This document shows, piece after piece, positions 36,060-49,380 of a DNA stretch of 64,000 bases. Origin of the DNA: Scyliorhinus canicula (taxonomy: Eukaryota). The translations under genes were made by a program, and so were the position numbers. The notes under the pieces were generated by a model that worked only from the letters and a program-made list of their open reading frames with translations, did not search any database and was not told where the DNA came from. The stretch covers positions 94,633,304-94,697,303 of the forward strand of contig NC_052151.1 of NCBI RefSeq assembly GCF_902713615.1. The letters are read 5' to 3'. How positions within the stretch are numbered: position 1 is the stretch's first letter; the number at the start of each line of letters is the position of its first letter.

Positions 36060-37930
36060 AGACATAGAGAATAAAAGAAATTGAAGCAGGTGTAGGCCAC
36101 TCGGTCACTTGCACTGGTTCCATTACTCAATAAGATCAAAGCTGATCCTGTTCCCTCTGCTACCCCTTTCTACACTATCTCTAGATCCTTTGATTCCCTT
36201 AGTATCCAAATCCTTCAACCAAGAAATTTCTCTTCATTTATGTTTGAAACAATCAACCCTTTTTCTGACTCCCAGTCAGATGATGCACCCTCCCAGCTTT
36301 TACCCTGCCAAACCCTTAACATCACATCTCATTCTTTTAAACCCCAGGGAATTAAGGTGCAGACTACACAATCCGAGTCATCCCAGAAATTGTTCTGGGA
36401 GCCTTTGTTGCACTCCCTCTAAGGTGAGTATTATCTTTCCTTATAAGAGCAAAAGTGTACTTTGGGTGTCATCTTACCAAGAATGGAACTGCCGTAAGAC
36501 TTCTTTACTATTAAACTCTAATCCTTTTCTGATAAAGGATAACATAACATTTGTTTCCCTAACTGCTCGTTGTAACTGCATGTCAACCGTCTGTGATTTG
36601 TGCAAGTTCAACCAGATCCCTCTGAATATCGACACTTTGCTTTTCTTTTTCCACTTAATTCAATTCTGCTTTTCTATTGCCCCGCCGAAGTAGATAGCTT
36701 CGAATTTCTCCACATTATATTTGATCAGCCAATTTTACAACCCAATCTATCTAACCCAGTTTGAATACAGTGCACCCAGTCCCCTCAGCTAAGTCATTGA
36801 TAGAGAGTGCACATAGCTGAGGCCCAAGCAGTGATCCTTACAGTACTGCATTCAAAAATGACTTGTTAGTTCCTACTCTCTATATTATTTAACCAATCCT
36901 CAATTCACCCTAATATGTTGCCCCCAATTACAAGACCTCTAAATTTGTGTAATAACCTCATGTACATTTGAGTACAGAAGCAGGGATTTGTTGTTGCAAT
37001 TATATAGGGTCTTGGTGAGGCCACACCTAGAATTTTGTGTACAGTTTTGGTCTCCTTTTCTGATGAAGGATGTTCTTGCTCTCGAGGGAGTGCAACGAAG
37101 ATTTACCACTGATTCCAGGGATGGCAGAAGTCATATGAGGAGAGATAATAATAATAATACTAATCGCTTATTGTCACAAGTAGGCTTCAATGAAGTTACT
37201 GTGAAAAGCCTTGGTCGCCACATTCAGGCGCCTGTTTCGGAGGCCGGTCGGGAATTGAACCCGCGCTGCTAGCCTTGTTCTGCATTACAAGCCAGCTGTT
37301 TAGCCAACTGTGCTAAACCAGCCCTTCACCCACTGTGCCAAACCAGATTGACTAGGTTAGGATTGTTCTCGCTGGAGTTCAGAAGAATGATGGAGTTCTC
37401 ATAGAGACTTATAAAATTCTAACAGGACTAGACAGGGTAGATGCAGGGAAGATGTTCCCGATGGTGGGTGTGCCCAGACCCAGGGGTCACAATCTGAGGA
37501 TTCGGGGTAAACAATTTCGGGCAGAGATGAGGAGACATTTCTTCACCCAAAGAGTGGTGAGCCTGTGGAATTCATTACCACAGGAAGTAGTTGCTGCTAA
37601 AACATTGAATATATTCAAGCGAGGCTAGATGTAGCACTTGGGGCGAATGGTATCAAGGCTACGGAGAGAAAGCAGGATTAAGCTGTTGAGTTGGATGATC
37701 AGCCATGATTGTGATAAATGGTGGAGCAGGCTCGAAAGGCCAAAATACCTCCTCCTGTTCCTACCTTCTATGTATCTACCTGGAACCTTGTTGAATGCTT
37801 TTCGAAAATCCAAATGCAATTCATCCATAGTTCCCCTCATCACCCCACTAGTTACAACCTCATATGCAATTTTTCTTTCATAAATCAGTTTTGACTCTTC
37901 CAAATTATATTATAATTTTCTAAATGCCTT
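36060..37930. mobile_element. CR1 cluster: old - strand copy interrupted by + strand 3' fragment (36965-37775), itself carrying a short SINE (37148-37345)
   Basis: LLQLYRVLVRPHLEFCVQFWSP (+), LDFRKAFNKVP (-), SINE (AAT)n end. Confidence 0.75.
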
Positions 37931-38478
37931 GATGTTGTGGCCCCTGTACCCACCTGACCACCAGCAGGAATTAATCTGATCTGATTTGAAGGTTTGTTGT
38001 GATCTAATTTTTGGGGGGAAAAAATTGTAATTTTTGTGAATATTTAAATGATCATTTTATACTGATCCCCTTACAAAGGAGGTCTGTTGCAAAAGCTAGA
38101 ATGTGTTTCTGATGTGGGATGCCCCAAGTATCCCAAAGCCGATGTAAAGCATTTTAACTGCACCACATCCCTCTGGACCTGACAAAGTTTAGAGGAGTCA
38201 TGGAGACTTTTCAACATCTACACTGAATGCATCCTTCATCCTTTCACCCTCTCATCTGAATTTGGGGCCAATGCATCTTTGAGGTCTATGGGATTGAATT
38301 GGCCAAAACCTTTAGTTTTCTGGGATGAATGACTCATGGAACAGAATACCAGAGCAGGAAAGACTGGTTGATCCTTTGAAGACCATCAAACACGCATGAG
38401 CTGTAAGTTTGGTAAAGGGACTGTGTCATGTGGAAGGGAAAGAAAATTCACTTGGGACAATCATTTATTGTTATAGGA

Positions 38479-38948
38479 CAGGGGTGGGTAAACTTTTCCG
38501 TGCAAGGGCCACATTCAGAAATTCACAATTTTAAAGGGGCGCATAGTATATTAATTAATAGTCCCGGTTGTAACCAATTAGCGTGCGGCATATACCTCAG
38601 CGCTTCCCCCGGCAGCATCCTGCCTTTAGCCCTCTTTGTCTCTACTTTTCAAAAATGGCGCTTCACCCGGTTATGATTCTGGGCGCCTCATATAGAACAT
38701 AGAACAGTACAGCACAGAACAGGCCCTTCGGCCCTCGATGTTGTGCCGAGCAATGATCACCCTACTCAAGTCAACATATCCACCCTATACCAGTAACGCA
38801 ACAGCCCCCCCCCCCATTAACCTTATAAAAAAAAAATTTTTTTTTTTTAAATTAAAATTTTTTTTTTTTATGACTTGATCTTGGTGGGCCGCATAAAGAC
38901 CTTTGGCGGGCCGCATGCGGCCCGTGGGCTGTAGTTTGCCCACCCCTG
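38479..38948. mobile_element. hAT-superfamily MITE containing a SINE 3' fragment (~38690-38850)
   Basis: TIRs CAGGGGTGGGTAAACT / AGTTTGCCCACCCCTG, perfect 8-bp TSD TTATAGGA. Confidence 0.9.
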
Positions 38949-39969
38949 TTATAGGATGTCCTGGCACCTGCCTGATGATAAAAATTTTAAAAATATTTTT
39001 GACAGCAGTTCTGTCTTTTTGGGCAGGTGGTAGCAAGAACGTTTTTGGCTGGGATTTTTAGGATGGCAGCTGGATTTCCCTTCCCACCATCGAAGCATCG
39101 CCGATGAATGCTTCTCTGACAATAAATGCACTGCTTTAATTTACGGGAGATGAGACTTCCACTCCTCACTCATAGGAATCCCACCAGAGACACCTGCAGG
39201 TCAGTAGCGCCCTAGTCCCAGCAATGCAAAGCTTCAGTGCAGAGTGCTAGAACTGCTAACGGTCCTGAGCCCAAGTCCCAGAAGTCCAGGATCTGGTAAA
39301 TGTGCGGGTCCCAGGACAGGGAGGTGAGTGGGGGGGGGGGGGGGGGGTGAAGGAATTGGACGGGCCAAGGGTGGGGGGTTTGAGCACCTACAGGGCTCAG
39401 ACCTTGTGGGAAATGTGATGGGTTTTTTCATTCTTGATTCATAAACAAGCAAAAAAAATACTGAGGGTGGCAATCCAATAAAAAAATTATAGTATTCTTG
39501 GAAGTTGGTTGGGGAAAAGTAAAAATTGCCTCTAAGAAACTTAAATTATTCACAAAGGACGTTTGGTCACAAGATTTCTCAGAATTAAGCCTCTTTACTC
39601 TCTTCTGCCTATAGCAGGCTTATTTTTTATCTAACCACAGTTGTCAGTTCCATGTTCACTAAATTATGTAAGTATTAATTGATCTATGAGCCACTTTATC
39701 TTTTAAATAAAGAGAGTCAGTAGTTCCTGTCAGAAAACAACATATCAATTTTGCATATTAGATTAAGTACAAATTTGCCTATTTTCAATTATCAAAGATA
39801 AAGGGCAGAACTTTCCCGATTTATGCAGAGTGTCGCAACAGGCGGGAAAAGTGGCGCTGAAGCTGCCAGTCCCAATAGTGTCCATCTTCATCACATCATT
39901 AATAACTTAGAAAAATTCAAAGGGGCGGTCCCACAATGTAATGCTGGTGGGGCAGCTCAACCTGCAACT

Positions 39970-42900
39970 TAGTATTTTTACATATAATTTTGTTAGAGTT
40001 TTATCAATTCTTACAAATTATGCAACAAACTATTGAAAAGCTGGTACAGCACAGAATGATTACTTGTGCACACATAAACATAGAAAAAGACAGGAGAACG
40101 CCAAAACATTGGTTCTTGAACTTAGTGCTTCAACCATACAATGAATAAGCTACGGAATGAGCTCGGTGGGGAGGAGGATAAGGCACGGTCAAAAGCTTTC
40201 TCCACATCTAAGGAAATCACTAACCCATCGAACACCTGTTTTTGAAAGACTTGAATTACATTCAATAATCTACTGACATTGTTGCAAGAGTTCCAGTCTT
40301 TTATGAACCCAATCTGATGCCCGCATTCCCACCAAGCGTTGCACCAACACTTTAAACAACAGTTTCAAATCTACGTTCAGGAGCAAGATTGGGCTGTAGG
40401 ATACACAACCTTCAGGATTATTACCTGTCTTCAAAATAAAGGAAATATTCGCTGCTTGGAGCTGCAGGCAGCAGCAGACCTGCCTCAAATGAATGACTAT
40501 ACTTGCCAATCAGTGGATCCATTAGCAAGTCCTTAAATTCCTTGTAAAATTCACATCCATCAGGCCCTAGGGCCTTACGAGGTTGGAGCACACTCATGGT
40601 CAAAGCCACTCCCTCTATGGCAAATACATCTCTCATCAGATAAGGAGATCAAAACTGCACACAATATTCTAGGTGTGGCCTCGCTAAGGCCCTGTATAAT
40701 TGCAGTAAGACATCCCTGCTCCTGTACTCGAATTCTCTCGCTATGAAGGCCTACATGCCATTTGTCTTCTTAACCTGTGTCTTCTGCACCTGCATGCTTA
40801 TGACCGAGATCGGGGGAGGTTACCTGAAGTAAAAACTCAAGGAAAAGAGGAGGAGGCCATCAAGTATAGGATTGCTCTTGGCATGAAAAAGTAATCAATT
40901 CCAGTATGAAATTGATGAGTAGCAGAGAAAAAAGTGAATTCTTATCCCAAGGATGCAGTGTTCTCGACACCTCACAGACCAAAGCTAGAGTCCTTGTCTG
41001 TTGGATAGGAGGATTCCTGTTTCTCCATGTAAAAGTCCTTTTACAATCACATATCTATCCCCCTTGCCTTTCACACAATCTCTATCTTGAAAAGAACATT
41101 TTTATTGACTAAAATTGCTATGCCCCCACTACTAGTCGTGAACAAGGCAAAAGTCACCTGTCCCACCCAGTCCCGCTTCAACTTTCAGTGCTCCCGGTCA
41201 CCTAAGTGAGCTTCCTGCAACAAGGCTAGCTCCACTTCCTCTTCTATAAGGAAAGATAGGGGCTGGAATTCTCCATCCATTCACGCCAGCGGGATTCTCT
41301 AGTCCCGGTTCTTCAGTGAATGGAGTTTTGGCTGAGCGCTAAATTTTCTGTTCTCGTTGGCAGGGGTGGCAGCTTTTATGCAGTTGCAGCTTTAAAGGCT
41401 CGAGGGCTATTCCTGACCCCAGCGAATCACACGCCGGTGTGGGTTAGAATTGCACTAGTTAAACATGACATGAGCGCTGACCCATTAGCATGTCTTGAAT
41501 AGCTCTGGAATTTGCACCCCCATCGGGAATGTGGAACATCAGCCATTCAGTCAGCAGTTAAGTGTCAGCACTTAAGTCACTCAAAAGGAGAATGCTGCCC
41601 AATGTGTTTTCAGCTTGTGGAGATTAGGTCATTTCTGAGTGGAGGTCAGAAAGGCAAAAAGTTTGGAGAAGCTTTGAGAGAGAGAGAGAGAGAGGAGCTG
41701 AGTTCTGATCTCCCTGACTCTGAGTGCACAATTCTTTCCAAGTAGGAGAGTTTAAAAACAAGAGTAATAATACCTTAAAAGCAGAACAGTCTTGTCTCAG
41801 CACGGTAGCATTGTGGATAGCACAATCGCTTCACAGCTCCAGGGTCCCAGATTCGATTCCGGCTTGGGTCACTGTCTGTGCGGAGTCTGCACATCCTCCC
41901 CGTGTGTGCGTGTTTCCTCCGGGTGCTCCGGTTTCCTCCCACAGTCCAAATATGTGCGGGTTATGTGGATTGGCCATGATAAATTGCCCTTAGTGTCCAA
42001 AATTGCCCTTAGTGTTGGGTGGGGTTACTGAGTTATGGGGATAGGGTGGAGGTGTTGACCTTGGGTAGGGTGCTCTTTCCAAGAGCCGGTGCAGGCTTGA
42101 TGGGCCGAATGGCCTCCTTCTGCACTGTAAATTCTATGTCTATGTCTGAACAGAAGGAAGGGACTGAAACCCAGCGGAAGCAGCTATTTGAAGATATTCA
42201 GCCAGAGTCTGAAGGAGTTCTAACCAAAGTCAGAATCTGTTCTGTATGCAAAGTATTACTCTATGCCCTGCTAATTTTAAAGCAGATTGAGAGCTGCAAG
42301 TTATTTTCCTGTTGTTTAATGGGAAATTGTGCAGCAGTATTAAGGGGTAATTATAAGTTGTTCTTTTCATGAGCGAAGTTAAAAAGCTTAATATTGCATT
42401 TATAATATAGTTTTGCTTTAGAAATAAATGCAATCACTCCTGAAGTGAATCCTTCTTTCCGCAGTCAGTTAAGAGACCTGTCTGTACTATTGCAGGATGC
42501 AATTCAGTAACCACAACATGAAATAAATACGAAAAAAATCACAATGACATTAGTTCTAAGGAGACATTCCTCAACGCATGTGAGGACCCATAAGGCTAAC
42601 CCCGTAACCTTGCCATCATTACAATAAGGAGGTGTGCTCCTCAGAAAAGAGAAAAGATAACCCAGAATGAGAATGGGAGCCAAATGCCCCTCCCACATGC
42701 TGACCTATCCATGAAGACCTAAACCTCTCACCCACCACACAGCAACGGTGGTATTCATATTCATCATGGTTAAAGTAAGAATAGTAAAGAGCTTATATTA
42801 CCATCACAAACGTATGGGTGAGAAGAAACGACATATTTATCATTTATCATGCGGCTCAACTATCACACCATTTACACAACGCACCCCTTAGTTCGAAGGA

Positions 42901-43960
42901 GTATGTTGAAGGGTGTTTTCCATTCACGATAAATGGAAGTCCTTGAGATTCTTAAGGTTAAAACATTCAGTATAGTGCTCATTTTTTAAACTTCTTCCTG
43001 CTAACATGATATATAGTAACACAAGATCAGACAAGAAGCATTGTGACAGGGAGAGAGACCAGATATTTCAATGAGCAGCAGTCTATAACTCCGAATTAGT
43101 GCTTTCTATGGACTTCACAAAAGCCAAGTCAGTAGTCGGATTATCAGATGTCTTCATGGAGTTGTTGGATATCACCCTCAGCAAGATAAAGCAGGGTATA
43201 CTTCACTCCAGCAGCCTTGAGTCATTTTCTAACTTCATCGCAGCCTCTAAGCTTCTGTTGCATCACCACCGAGAAATCTTGAAAGAGACCCTCGCCCCCC
43301 CATCGAGCCATGTCCCACTACGCCTCACCACCTCCAGAACCTTCTGACGATCCATTAAGGTACGAAAACAAATTATTCCAGGCTGGGGACATTAGTTGCC
43401 CCCAAGCTTCAAAGATAGGGTAAGATGTTGCCTTCCCAACTTGATACGCCCTGCTTTCGCATCCAGTTTAAGAAAACATGGTAGCCAGCTTGCAAAGATT
43501 TTAAGGATCTTACCTCCACTCCGGGTAAACCAATAACTCGGACATTTTTCTTCCGGTCAAGGTTCTCCAGGGTTTCTGACACACCATGTAGTGGTTTTCT
43601 AAAGACTGCTTGCAGGCCTCAGCTGAGGAAGTTACATTTTCAACATTCAGAATTTTTTCTCCCGTTTCATTGAGCCTTTTATTAGTATTCTGCATCTTGG
43701 TCTCATGAGCACTAATGTTGTATGTCAGCAAGCAGAGTTTTTTTGTCTATAACTCTAATCATGTTCACAGTCATCATCTGCAGTGCCTTCAAGAGTGCCT
43801 GATCAAGAGCCCGCTCAAGGATCAAGTCATCATATTGAACCGACTGCTCCTTTTCACCCACAATTTTTCTCCAACACTCAGCCTGAAATCGTGCTGGATT
43901 TCACTCCTGGATTAGGTAAGTATGAACCGTGTAAATGGGATAAATGAAGGATTAAAAGAG
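39970..43960 (-). mobile_element. Decayed L1/Tx1-clade LINE, fragmented
   Basis: KALGPDG, YSPILLLNVDLKL, ISLDVEKAFD (40170-40640); ORF1-like coiled coil and NVRVIGLP (43250-43730); interrupted by CR1 bit, MITE (~41260-41520) and SINE. Confidence 0.7.
41797..42147 (+). mobile_element. tRNA-derived SINE
   Basis: A box TAGCATTGTGG, B box GATTCGATTCC, (TCTATG)n tail. Confidence 0.88.
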
Positions 43961-44832
43961 GAGTAACGCCAGAGCCTGCAGAAATATTGTTATTCCCGCA
44001 CCTGCATCATATGATCGCCCCTCAACTTAATTTTTTAAAGTCCGCCCCAGTACACAGAACCCCAATACACAGAAGTAAAAATAGAACAGCCTGCTCTCCC
44101 TCCACACCCCCAACCCACCGGCACTGCCTCCTGGCACTGCCCTTGGCAAGACACTCCCCCCCTGATGATGCACTCACCTGAGCTCCTCTGGCGGGTCTGA
44201 AGGGGATTATCCGGTGTGTAGGTCTGATAATTAGATTCAAATTCATGATAATGGAGTTCCTGAACGTCGGGAATTTAGTTATGTCACGAGCAGTGGGGAG
44301 AAGGACGAGGACAAGCATCACACCTTTACATCGGCAATTTGGGCTCCCTTTGCCATTCACGCCTGATAGGAACGGGAGTGGAAAATCTCAGCCAATCTGA
44401 ACTTCAGAAGGACCAGATCATTCTGAAATGCTCCAAATGGTGAAGAGCACTAATGATTTAGGGAAACGAGGGATTGCACTTAAAAGTGTATTTCAGAACC
44501 TTAGTGAACTCAAAGTGCTTCACAGCCTTCAATGTATTGATGCATACATTACTTTTACTTAGGGAACTAAGCAGCCAAATTGCATGATTCCATGAGTATC
44601 GAGATAAACATTAAACAAAATAATCTGATTTAGTCATGTTGGTTGAGAGAGAAATTCTGGTCAGAACATCAAGACACCTCTCCTACTTTTATGTCCATCC
44701 TAAATCAGGGGACATTGGTTCAACATCTCACTTGAAAGATGACACCTCAATGGCACAGCACTGCTTCAGTGTGATGAGTTCAAAGGATTGGGAAAGAAAC
44801 AAAAGAATCAACAGGAAGTGTGAAGTACAGAT

Positions 44833-45345
44833 TAATAATAATCTTTTATTGTCACAAGTATGAAGTTACTGTGAAAAACCCTAGTCGCAACATTCCGGCA
44901 CCTGTTCGGGTACATAGAACATAGAACAGTACAGCACAGAACAGGCCCTTCGGCCCTCGATGTTGTGCCGAGCAATGATCACCCTACTCAAACCCACGTA
45001 TCCACCCTATACCCGTAACTCAACAACAACACCCCCCCCCCCCCCCCCCCCCTCTAACCTTACTTTTTAGGACACTACGGGCAATTTAGCATGGCCAATC
45101 CACCTAACCCGCACATCTTTGGACTGTGGGAGGAAACCGGAGCACCCGGAGGAAACCCACGCACACACGGGGAGGACGTGCAGACTCCACACAGACAGTG
45201 ACCCAGCTGGGAATCGAACCTGGGACCCTGGAGCTGTGAAGCATTTATGCTAACCACCATGCTACTGTGCTGCTACTGGGGTTGAACCTGCGCTGCTGGC
45301 CTCGTTCTGCATTTCAAACCAGCTGCCTGGCCCATTGAGCGAGAC
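44833..45345 (-). mobile_element. SINE (44913-45272) nested in a second short SINE
   Basis: Inner: A/B boxes on - strand and (TTCTATG)n tail; outer halves match the 37148-37345 family. Confidence 0.8.
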
Positions 45346-46299
45346 CAGCCCATAGATTAAATCAATTGTAGGAAAGGAAATAAATTGGATTGGTAAAGAA
45401 AGCAGTGAAAGAAAAAAAATTAAACTTAATTTTTTTTCTTTAAATCTCTTCACAATTGACCATGTGCTGAATTGAGGTTGAATGGTTTAAATGATTCCGT
45501 TTCTGGACTCGAAAGGTTATTGATTGGTTTTACCACAACATAAAAAAGATACTGACGCTGTTCAATTCAAGCCCAAATATTCTTTGGCAAACTTAAAGGG
45601 CAATTAATGTATAAATCCAACTGTAATGAGGTGGTTCAGGATAAAATTAAATTTATTTTTAGCAACTGATGGAGTGACATAAATCGACGAGCAAATTCTG
45701 GAGATTTGCAACTCGTGGCATATTTCTTATTCACCGGAATATGCTGGAGAATTTTCACTTTAATAATGGCATGCATCATGAAAATGCTACTATTTTTCCA
45801 TCAAAGTTCTAACCAACAAGTTAAATTGAAGGGAAGGGAGTAAATATTATGGGCAGATGGGACATGGGATTAAAGTTAAATCACTGCAAAATATAGCGGG
45901 TGCTGGAAATCATAAATTAAAACAGAAACGCTGGATAAACTCAGCAGAACTGGCAGCATCAGTGAAGGGAGAAAGCAGAGTTTCAAATCCTTGTGACCTG
46001 TTACTGTTCATGTGTAAGACAGTGTGGCATTAGCTGAACAGCCTATTTCTGCAAGATATCGTCCATACAATAATGCAAATTACAAATAAAAAAAACATAG
46101 AACCAAAACTTGCTGAACTATGCTATATCATAATTTTAAACTACAGAAAACTTACACAAAATGCAACATAAAAATGCAAAATTATAGATAACATGCAGGT
46201 TAGTTTAAAAACTCTCCATACTATGAATGGGTGTAAATAATGTTTCATTAGTGGCACCAACATGCTGCGGTTAACATGCGACAACCACAGAAACAGAAC

Positions 46300-47388
46300 A
46301 ACAGCCGGTTTGTAGAATGTATTTATTAAAATAAAAAATGTATACTTTAAAAAGTGCATGTTTTACATCAAGTAGTAGCTATCTAAAGCAAGATCCATTT
46401 ACAGTAAGTCATTACAACAAACAACTTAAAATAATACCAATCCACAAATCAATGGCAAAAGATAAATATAAAACAGCAAATAAAGTGAAAGCACTCAAAG
46501 ATGTATGAATGCTTCCAGGTAAGGCTGCAAAATTCCTTTTTCTGCTTTCAAATATAGTAAAAAATAAGCATATGTAAACTTTAAAAACTGGTGTCGTATT
46601 GAGGGGTTCTACAGAAGATGGCAGCCCTTTAGCTGGTCACTGTCAGCTATTGGGGGAGGGTTTTGGGGGGATTGGGGGGTGCGGGTATTGCTGTTTTTAT
46701 TTGGTTTACTGTTTCATTATTATGTATTTATCAAAAAATTGAATAAAAATATTTTGAAAAAACTGGTGTAGCAGCTCCAATAATTTGTATAATTGTATAA
46801 TTTGTATAGACTAATTATTTACAATATGTTTCAGCGCTCAGGTTTTTGATGATCATTTTCAATTTGGCCACATTATAATCACTTGATTTCAAATTCATGG
46901 AATTAAGTTGACAATTTAAAATATTTGGCTGTGGAAACTGTAGTTAATGGCTGAAGAGCATTTACATAAGCCACTGGGCTCAAGGCTACAGTTAACAATT
47001 GATACAAAGAAATGATCTGAAACCTGAAATAAAATTTTAGAAGAGGAACTATATACACCTTATAATTTCAGGTTTAAAAAAGTTTATCAGAAAATGGGCT
47101 GGAAAAAGTCTGATGTCATTCGTTCAATGATGTACCTTACGCTGTTCATAACTTGCATTGTCTTTCTTTTAAACATAACATACTATCTGTAAGTATACTA
47201 TCTGGAGAGTCAAAATTGCCACATGTTCTACAAAAGATATCCAAATGGATCTAGTCCATTAGTTATCAGGAAGTTCTGAGCAGCCTGTATTTAACCTCTT
47301 CAATAACAAATCACATTTTCTTGCAACACATGCACCAACCATTCTCTGACAGGAGATCCATTAGCACATATCTATGCTACAGCATGCT
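46300..47388 (-). other. Probable 3' UTR of the minus-strand host gene
   Basis: Follows TGA at 47391-47389; AT-rich unique sequence; AATAAA at 46327-46322. Confidence 0.5.
46595..46757 (+). mobile_element. Short L1-type 3' end insertion
   Basis: 12-bp TSD AAAAACTGGTGT (46583-46594 / 46758-46769) at a TT|AAAA site; EGFYRRWQPF-like ORF2 end, AATAAA. Confidence 0.8.
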
Positions 47389-47416
47389 TCACACCTCCAA
47401 GTAGCCATCCTTCCTG
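47389..47416 (-). CDS. Probable terminal coding exon of unidentified gene: (S)RKDGYLEV*
   Basis: Strong acceptor ttgtttgttgtttttccag; phase matches the phase-2 donor at 56828. Confidence 0.6.
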
Positions 47417-49380
47417 CTGGAAAAACAACAAACAATAACTCGTTCTCAAAGACACATGTCTTTCAATTAACCATGTGTTAGTCACATCTCATTTAACACT
47501 CAATGGTAACAATGTGAGAGAGACCAGGTACTGTGCATTTCGTTTCTAAAGTGTCTCTGTCAAGCTTGGCTGTATTCACATTTATGCTGAATGTATGGGA
47601 TGTTTTTCTATATGTATCAAACCAGCAAATTAAGCTACAATGCATCACCTATGATGCCTGAAAAGTCACTTCATAATTACTTGGTACATGTTTATGATGA
47701 TACTAAGAGCAAAAGGCAATATATTTCATATTTCATGCTGTGGCCAGTGACAGTATTGTACAAACATAGATGTAAGGTTACACAAAATGCAGAATTAAAA
47801 TATATGTGAGCAAAGAACAGAACCAGCTCTCATTGAAACCCAATGCACCAGTATTTCTGTTAATACTTTTTTTAAATTGAAACTGCGAATGTCAATTTAG
47901 GTACAAATTTGGAATGGTTTTACATTTGAAATGCACTGCCAACTTGATAAAATGTCTCAACTGATTTAATCTTTAACAGTCAGTTGTTTTTTCTAATTCG
48001 CCATTTTCAGTTCTTCAGGTAAACGAATCAAAATAAAAGACAGTGAGTGTAATTCTCAGGCCTCGTTGTGCTCTCGCTCAAGCGAATCGAGGCATGTGAA
48101 TAGCGGGAGAGGCCAAAAAGGAGAACCGCACCAGGCGCCAAACAGTTTGCGATGTTACCGGTCCGCTCCTGTAGCAAAATCGAGATCTCACCTTAGCGTG
48201 GCGAGAAATCAATTATCACCACTTAAAACCCTATTTCCATACAATTAATGAGAGCCGCCCATATCCAACGGCCTCCTGTCATTCATCGGCCTCCCCAGCC
48301 AGTGCTCTCGCTGCCGCTATCAGTACTCCTTTTGAAACACGCGAACCTGGCGGAGGTCTTCTGTGGGGAGCCATCTTTGCTCACACGCAAATAACCAGGG
48401 ACACGAGGATTGCCGTCCCTGTGCTTGGCAGGGGTTGGGGGATCATCGTTTGGGGGAGGGGACCCTCCGCTGGGGTGAGCCGCCATGGGAGGGTGGGAGG
48501 CGCTGGGGGGGGAACCGGGGACAATCCTGCGCAGCACCACCATGCCAACCCCTGGATGTTGTGTACCTGTTCCTCGGAGTCCCTTGTCCCTGGCAGTCTT
48601 CCCCAGTTACACATAACCCACACAGACTGCCAAGGCCTCTGGCCATCTGGCCCTATTCCTAATAAGGAATTGGGAATCATGGTTAAGTAAGCACTTCACA
48701 CATCCCAAATGGATTCCCGTGGGTGGGCAGGCCTTGTAGCATGTGGAAGTCATTGCCTAACGTCCCAATGAGACCACGATGCCTGAACATTGCGGGAGGC
48801 AACACCACAGCAGTCAGCAGCTAACACCAGAGATGGGACACAGCTCCGGGGCCATGTCCACAGCCAGAGGGTGGGTGGGTGAGTGCCATAGGGAGAGGGG
48901 AGATGCCTGGAGAGATGGGCCAAGGGTTCGGAGCTCAGTCCGCATTGCTGAAGCAAGTGACAGAGGCATCATAGTGGTTGTGCACAAAGGTATTTATTGT
49001 GTAATACAAGTCCCCACTCTCCCAATGGTGCTTATCTCGTTCCGTGGCCTTCGATGCCCCTGGTGGACTTCCTCTGAGACCGGAGGGCCCCGGCTCACTT
49101 GCCAGCGCCACATGCACAGCCGTGCTGCCCTGTCCCGTGGGCAGACTTCGAGACACTGCCTCATCAGAGGGGTGGTACGCCGGAGAACTGGTGGCCACTG
49201 TCGCCACTCCATGGGACGGGCTGGGATGGCAGTCAGTGCCCCCCCCCCACCCCCCACCCTTCTGTTCGGTGCCCATAGGGCCCTGGGGTGGAGGGACAGC
49301 TGGCCTGGGCTGCCCCTGCATCATCTGGCTCTACCAGCCCTGGCGGTTCCCCATTGTGTTGTCCCACTCGGCGATACGCT

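Noticed and set aside
44022-44360. ORF with perfect donor CAG|GTGAGT at 44178 as first exon
   Set aside because: Lies in what appears to be a GC-rich non-autonomous repeat end; the frame compatible with the next candidate exon is closed
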